A stretch of DNA of 32,000 nt from Oceanidesulfovibrio indonesiensis (lineage in GTDB: Bacteria; Desulfobacterota; Desulfovibrionia; Desulfovibrionales; Desulfovibrionaceae). Positions 27,443-32,000 of this stretch are shown here, piece after piece. How positions within the stretch are numbered: position 1 is the first letter of the stretch; the number at the start of each line of letters is the position of its first letter. The position numbers and the translations under genes were made by a program. The stretch lies in NCBI RefSeq assembly GCF_007625075.1, contig NZ_QMIE01000002.1:155873-187872 (forward strand), given 5' to 3'. Under the pieces are notes generated by a model. The model worked only from the letters and a program-made list of their open reading frames with translations, made no database searches and had not been told where the DNA came from.

Positions 27443-29206
27443 ATGCTGCACTCACCCAGTATCCGAGCGGAGGAATCGGCTGCCGCACACGCCGCCATCC
27501 ACAAACAAAGCGGAGCGGAATGCATCGTCCAAGCTCTTGAAGCGCACGGCGTGCGCACTGTTTTCGGCATTCCCGGAGGCTCCAACCTGCCTTTGTACGA
27601 AGCCCTGGGTAAGAGCGAGCGCGTACGCCACGTGCTGGTCCGGCACGAGCAGGCAGCCGGGTTCATGGCCCAGGGTGTGGCGCGGCTCACCGGCAGGCCC
27701 GGGGTGTGCATCGCCACGTCCGGCCCCGGCGCCACCAATCTGCTCACCGCCCTCGCGGACGCCGATGCCGACGGCGTTCCGGTGGTTGCCATCACAGGTC
27801 AGGTGCCGCGCGCGCTTCTCGGCACCAGGGCGTTTCAGGAGGCGGATATCACGGCCATGAGCCGGCCTGCGGTCAAAGCTTCGTGGACGGTCCGTTCCGC
27901 AGACGAACTCGTCGCATTGCTGGACAATGCTTTCGAGACGGCGGCATCGCCGCGGCCCGGTCCGGTCCTCATCGACGTGCCCAAGGACGTGCAGCTGGAA
28001 ATGACAACGAACACCCCACGCCGCGCGCACGAAAGCAGACTCGCAGACAATTGCGGACAGGCGCTGGATATGGACAGGGTCGCCCATGCAGCAGCGCAGT
28101 TGGCCGGGGCGTCCCGCCCCGTCATTCTTCTGGGGGCGGGGGCGGTGCGTTCCAACTCGGGAGACCTCGCCTGCCGACTGGCTGCGACTCTGGGAGCGCC
28201 CATGGCGGCCACGCTGCTGGGTCTGGGCGCCGTGTCGCGCGAGCATCCGGGCTTCCTGGGCATGTGCGGCATGCATGGCACGGCCGAGGCGAACAGGGCC
28301 GTTGCCGGATGCGATGTTCTGTTGAGCGTCGGCGCACGCCTGGGCGACAGGACCACCGGCCGACTCGAGGGCTTCTGCCCGCAAGCGCGCATCGTGCGCA
28401 TAGACGCCGACCCGCAGGCACGTCGATGCGACGAGGATATTTTCCTGGCCGGCGATGCCGGCGACGTGCTGGCCACGCTGTTGCCCATGCTGGAATCCAT
28501 CGGGCCACGCCGAAAACCTGGCTCGGCGTGCATCAACGGCGAGTCTGAGTTCGCGCGTAGCGGCAGCTGTCCCGATGCGGGCGACGGTCCGCGGAACGTC
28601 ATTCGCATGGCCGGCGAGATCATGGGACCGGACGCCATCGTCGTCACAGACGTGGGGCAGCACCAGATGTGGACGGCGCAGGCCTATCCGTTTGCCCGGA
28701 GCGGGCGTTGGCTCACGTCCGGCGGGTTGGGCACCATGGGGTTCGGTTTGCCGACGGCCATTGGCGCGGCCATGACCTGTCCGGGCGACAGGGTCCTGCT
28801 CGTGACGGGGGACGGCAGCCTGCTCATGAACCTGCAGGAACTGGCCACGCTGCGGGAGTCCGGGGCGGACATCGCCGTCCTGCTCATGGACAACGGCGGC
28901 CTTGGCCTTGTCCGGCAGCAACAGGACCTCTTCCACGGCGGGCGGGACGATTCTTCGGTCTTTCGCGCCGGCACGGACTTCGCAGCCGTGGCGCGGGGTT
29001 TCGGCATTCAGGCGTGGGATCTGGAAACCACATGCGACGGACCGGGAATGCTGGCTGAGGCGCTTTCGGCCCGTGGCCCCAGGCTCATTCGCGTGCCCGT
29101 GGACGAGCACGCCGCCGTCTGGCCCATGGTTCCTCCAGGAGAGGTGAACACCTGCATGCTCGATGCCGGCAAGGCAGAGGCGGCGCTCGGACAAAACCCT
29201 GCATAG
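27443..29206 (+). CDS. ilvB: Acetolactate synthase large (catalytic) subunit
   Basis: ThDP-enzyme motifs: GVRTVFGIPGGSNLPLYEAL, HEQAAGFMAQGVARLTG, GVPVVAITGQVPRALLGTRAFQEADI, TMGFGLPTAIGAA, TGDGSLLMNLQELATLRE, LGLVRQQQDLFHGG. ATG 27443 with AGGAGG 6 nt upstream. Confidence 0.92.
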   Translation: MLHSPSIRAEESAAAHAAIHKQSGAECIVQALEAHGVRTVFGIPGGSNLPLYEALGKSERVRHVLVRHEQAAGFMAQGVARLTGRPGVCIATSGPGATNLLTALADADADGVPVVAITGQVPRALLGTRAFQEADITAMSRPAVKASWTVRSADELVALLDNAFETAASPRPGPVLIDVPKDVQLEMTTNTPRRAHESRLADNCGQALDMDRVAHAAAQLAGASRPVILLGAGAVRSNSGDLACRLAATLGAPMAATLLGLGAVSREHPGFLGMCGMHGTAEANRAVAGCDVLLSVGARLGDRTTGRLEGFCPQARIVRIDADPQARRCDEDIFLAGDAGDVLATLLPMLESIGPRRKPGSACINGESEFARSGSCPDAGDGPRNVIRMAGEIMGPDAIVVTDVGQHQMWTAQAYPFARSGRWLTSGGLGTMGFGLPTAIGAAMTCPGDRVLLVTGDGSLLMNLQELATLRESGADIAVLLMDNGGLGLVRQQQDLFHGGRDDSSVFRAGTDFAAVARGFGIQAWDLETTCDGPGMLAEALSARGPRLIRVPVDEHAAVWPMVPPGEVNTCMLDAGKAEAALGQNPA

Positions 29207-29262
29207 CGCGGCATGAAAGCGATTTCGCACGTTCATGAACGTGGACATTGGCGCCACAAGGA

Positions 29263-29293
29263 AAAGGCCGTGCCGACGTTCGGCACGGCCTTT
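29263..29293. terminator. Bidirectional terminator hairpin between ilvB and peroxiredoxin genes
   Basis: Perfect 14-bp stem AAAGGCCGTGCCGA/TCGGCACGGCCTTT with a 3-nt loop. Confidence 0.88.
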
Positions 29294-29321
29294 CATTCGC
29301 ATGGATCAGGCTGCCAGCCTC

Positions 29322-29972
29322 TTACTCTTCCAGTTTCTTGTGGCAGAACCACCAGTCGTAGCACTGGAACTGGCCTGGGCGCTCCTTGGCCGTCTTCACG
29401 TCCTGGGCTGGCGGCACGATGACGCCGTCCCCTATCAGCTCGTTGTTCGGCCAGTTGGCCGGCACGGCCACGCCGTAGCGGTCCGATACCTGGAGGGCGC
29501 GGAGCGCGCGCAGAATTTCGTCCATGCTCCGGCCGATCTCCTGCGGATAATAGATGGAGAGCCGCAGCACGCCTTCCGGGTCCACAATGAACACCGCGCG
29601 GACAGTGGAGCAGCCCTTGCCTGGGTGGAGCATGCCGAGTTCCATGCCGATGCGGCCCTGGTCGTCCGCGATGATGGGAAAGGTGATCTCTTTGCCGAGC
29701 TTTTCTTCGATCCATTCCACCCATTTGATGTGCGAGAAGACCTGGTCGATGGAAAGGCCGATGAGCTTGCAGTTGAGGGCTTCGAAATCCTTCACACGCT
29801 CCTGGAATGCGAAGAACTCCGTGGTGCACACCGGGGTGAAATCCGCCGGGTGGCTGAAAAGCACGAACCAACTGCCCTTGTAATCGCTCGGCAGCTTCAT
29901 CTTGCCAAAGGTGGTGTTGACTTTAAGTTTGGGGAACTTGTCGCCGAGCAACGGCATGCTGGGCTTGTCCAT
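29322..29972 (-). CDS. Peroxiredoxin (AhpC/TSA, 1-Cys/Prx6-like)
   Basis: [18 protein letters not shown]...[52 protein letters not shown]; 216 aa. Confidence 0.94.
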   Translation of the reverse strand: MDKPSMPLLGDKFPKLKVNTTFGKMKLPSDYKGSWFVLFSHPADFTPVCTTEFFAFQERVKDFEALNCKLIGLSIDQVFSHIKWVEWIEEKLGKEITFPIIADDQGRIGMELGMLHPGKGCSTVRAVFIVDPEGVLRLSIYYPQEIGRSMDEILRALRALQVSDRYGVAVPANWPNNELIGDGVIVPPAQDVKTAKERPGQFQCYDWWFCHKKLEE

Positions 29973-30166
29973 GGGATGCCTCCTTGCGCGCGAACGCGTG
30001 TGTTGTCATGTTCGAAAAAAGTATGGTTCGAAAAACAGGGCCCGGAAGAGGTTTAGTCCGAGTATACGCGAGGAGTGCGAATAAGGGCAACGTCAATGCG
30101 GGAAATATGAGAAGTGGACCGAAAATCCGGCTTTACGCCGGGGGCCTCGCCGGTTAGGGAAAGCCC

Positions 30167-31759
30167 ATGATCGCCGGTCGTTCCTTTTCCCTGGGCCTGG
30201 CCTCCATGGTCATGGCCGGGTCCATCCTGCTCTCCCGCCTCATGGGTCTGGTGCGGGACAAGGTCATCGCCTACCATTTCGGCGCCACCCTGGAATCGGA
30301 CGTGTACTTCGCGGCCTTTGTGGTGCCGGATTTTATCAATTATCTGCTGGCCGGCGGCTACTTCGCCATCACGCTCATTCCGTTGCTCTCGGAACGGTTC
30401 ACGCTGGACGAGGAGGACGGGTGGCGATTCTTCTCGGCCGCGCTCACGTGGATAACCATCGCTATCGTGCTGCTTACGCTGATCGGCGAAATATTCGCGC
30501 CCCAGCTGGCCGAACTCGTCGCGCCGGGATTTTCGCCCGAAGCGCAGGACAAGCTCACGCTGTTTTTGCGCATCATCCTGCCCGCGCAGGTCTTTTTTCT
30601 CACGGGGTCATGCTTCACGGCGCTGCTGTATCTTCGAAAGCAGTTTCTGGTGCCGGCGCTCACGCCTCTTTTGTACAATGGCGGCATCATTCTCGGCGGG
30701 CTTGTCATGCTGGATCGCGGCATGGAGGGTTTCTGCTGGGGCGTGCTGGTCGGGTCGCTGGCAGGAAACCTGCTGCTGCCGCTGATCGCCGCAGCCGGAG
30801 GAAGCCGGCCCGAGCCGGGGGCGCCAGCAGGCATCCGCTTTGCGCCGCGACTGTCGCACCCTTCGCTTCGCACTTTCGTACTCCTGGCCCTGCCGCTCAT
30901 GATCGGCCAGTCCGTAGTAGTGCTCGACGAGCAGTTGCTGCGCATATTCGGTTCCCTGGCCGAGGAAGGCGCGGTGAGCTGGCTGAACTACGCACGCCGG
31001 ATAATGCTGGTTCCCGTGGGCGTGGTGGCCCAGGCCGCCGGCGTGGCGTCCTACCCGTTCCTTGCCGGTCTGGCTGCGCGGAAGGCGGATACGGAGTTCT
31101 CCCAGACGCTCGCCACGGCACTGCGCAACACGGCGGCGGTCATCGTGCCCGTCTCCCTGTGGATGCTCCTGGCGGCGCCGGAAACCGTTGGGCTCATCTT
31201 CATGCAGGGGCGGTTCGGCTCGGCCGATCTGTCCATCACCGCCTTCTGCCTGCGGGTGATGCTGCTGGGCGTGTTTCTCTGGGGCGTGCAGCAGGTGCTG
31301 GGTCGGGCGTTCTACGCGCGCAAGGACACCCTCACCCCATCGCTGGCAGGCACGGGTGCGACCCTGGCGGCGCTGCCTGTATACTGGCTGCTGGGGCGGT
31401 CATTCGGAGCGGCGGGCCTTGCCGCGGCCAGTCTGACTTCCGTCGGGTTGTATACGGCGGCAATGGCCGTGATCTGGCGCAGGCGGCACGGAGCCGCAGC
31501 GTTCTCCGGATTGCTCCGCACCCTGGGCGCTTCTGTGGCGGTAGCCCTGGCGAGTCTCGCGCCCGCGGCGTTCGCTCGCTGGGCAGTTGGACTGCTTGCA
31601 ATGCCGTATCATCTGGAGGCCTTCACGATGTTGTGCGCCAGCGGCGTGGTCTTCGTGGCTGTGTATATTCTTTTGGCGCGGAGGGTGGCTCCGCAGGCGG
31701 CCGCGCCGTTCGAAGCAGTGTTTCTCCGCATACGCTCCCGCGTAAGGCCGCGCGCGTAA
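30167..31759 (+). CDS. murJ: Lipid II flippase MurJ (MviN)
   Basis: LMGLVRDKVIAYHFGATLESDVYFAAFVVPDFINYLLAGGYFAITLIPLLSERF; 530 aa polytopic. Confidence 0.93.
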   Translation: MIAGRSFSLGLASMVMAGSILLSRLMGLVRDKVIAYHFGATLESDVYFAAFVVPDFINYLLAGGYFAITLIPLLSERFTLDEEDGWRFFSAALTWITIAIVLLTLIGEIFAPQLAELVAPGFSPEAQDKLTLFLRIILPAQVFFLTGSCFTALLYLRKQFLVPALTPLLYNGGIILGGLVMLDRGMEGFCWGVLVGSLAGNLLLPLIAAAGGSRPEPGAPAGIRFAPRLSHPSLRTFVLLALPLMIGQSVVVLDEQLLRIFGSLAEEGAVSWLNYARRIMLVPVGVVAQAAGVASYPFLAGLAARKADTEFSQTLATALRNTAAVIVPVSLWMLLAAPETVGLIFMQGRFGSADLSITAFCLRVMLLGVFLWGVQQVLGRAFYARKDTLTPSLAGTGATLAALPVYWLLGRSFGAAGLAAASLTSVGLYTAAMAVIWRRRHGAAAFSGLLRTLGASVAVALASLAPAAFARWAVGLLAMPYHLEAFTMLCASGVVFVAVYILLARRVAPQAAAPFEAVFLRIRSRVRPRA

Positions 31760-32000
31760 CTCGCTTTCCGGGCGTCGGGCAGGGTTGACTTGAGGCGCCT
31801 GCCCAGTTCATGGCGCACGCATGGTGCGTTTTTTCAGTCCCGCATATATTCCAGACAAATCATTGCGTGTAGCAACTGCAACAGGGGCTCCGCAAAGCGG
31901 ACCAAGGCGATAGGAAAACCGCATCCCTCAAAACAGGCAAGGCCCCAGGATGGGGCCGGTGCCTGCCGTCGTGTTCGGACGGCGGGGGAAGGGAGGGTTG

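Noticed and set aside
27452-29302. 616-aa minus-strand ORF antisense to ilvB
   Set aside because: The opposite strand encodes an unmistakable ThDP enzyme; long antisense frames are expected in GC-rich DNA, and the translation is His/Arg/Gly-rich without recognisable motifs.
31936-31964. GC-rich stem near the window end (GGCA-a-GGCCCC/GGGGCC-gg-TGCC) after murJ
   Set aside because: No T-tract and too close to the window edge to interpret; may be a weak terminator only.
1-32000. CRISPR arrays, tRNA/rRNA, IS elements, prophage or defence-system genes
   Set aside because: No regularly spaced repeats, no transposase/integrase-like or restriction/defence protein motifs, and no cloverleaf-like sequences were noticed by eye; tRNAscan-SE and Infernal would be needed to exclude small RNAs.

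Overview
This is a high-GC chromosomal window. Gene content suggests a Desulfovibrionaceae-like sulfate/sulfite-reducing deltaproteobacterium; that assignment is an inference. The + strand carries an anaerobic organosulfonate locus: suyAB-like sulfolactate sulfo-lyase, a TctCAB tripartite tricarboxylate-type transporter and a divergent class II aldolase-like protein. It is followed by a TRAP transporter (DctP/Q/M) placed directly upstream of ethanolamine ammonia-lyase eutBC. The most notable content is a clear hgcA-hgcB pair (16640-17940), the corrinoid protein and ferredoxin required for mercury methylation. It has the NVWCAAGK and CMECGAC motifs and the C-terminal CC pair. It converges on a complete minus-strand ars operon (arsR-acr3-arsC), whose predicted promoter has a perfect inverted repeat in the -35/-10 spacer. 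Other points of interest are a classic ilvB attenuator (a 43-aa leader peptide with LLVVVVVVGN plus a terminator hairpin, absent from the ORF track), a DUF2325-like protein followed by a 61-aa Cys-rich micro-ORF, and several strong intercistronic hairpins. The rest is ordinary: HD-type hydrolase, Dabb protein, TauE/SafE permease with its own ArsR, MscS channel, purU, a hybrid histidine kinase, YqaE/Pmp3, peroxiredoxin and MurJ. I saw no tRNA, rRNA, CRISPR, phage or IS element.
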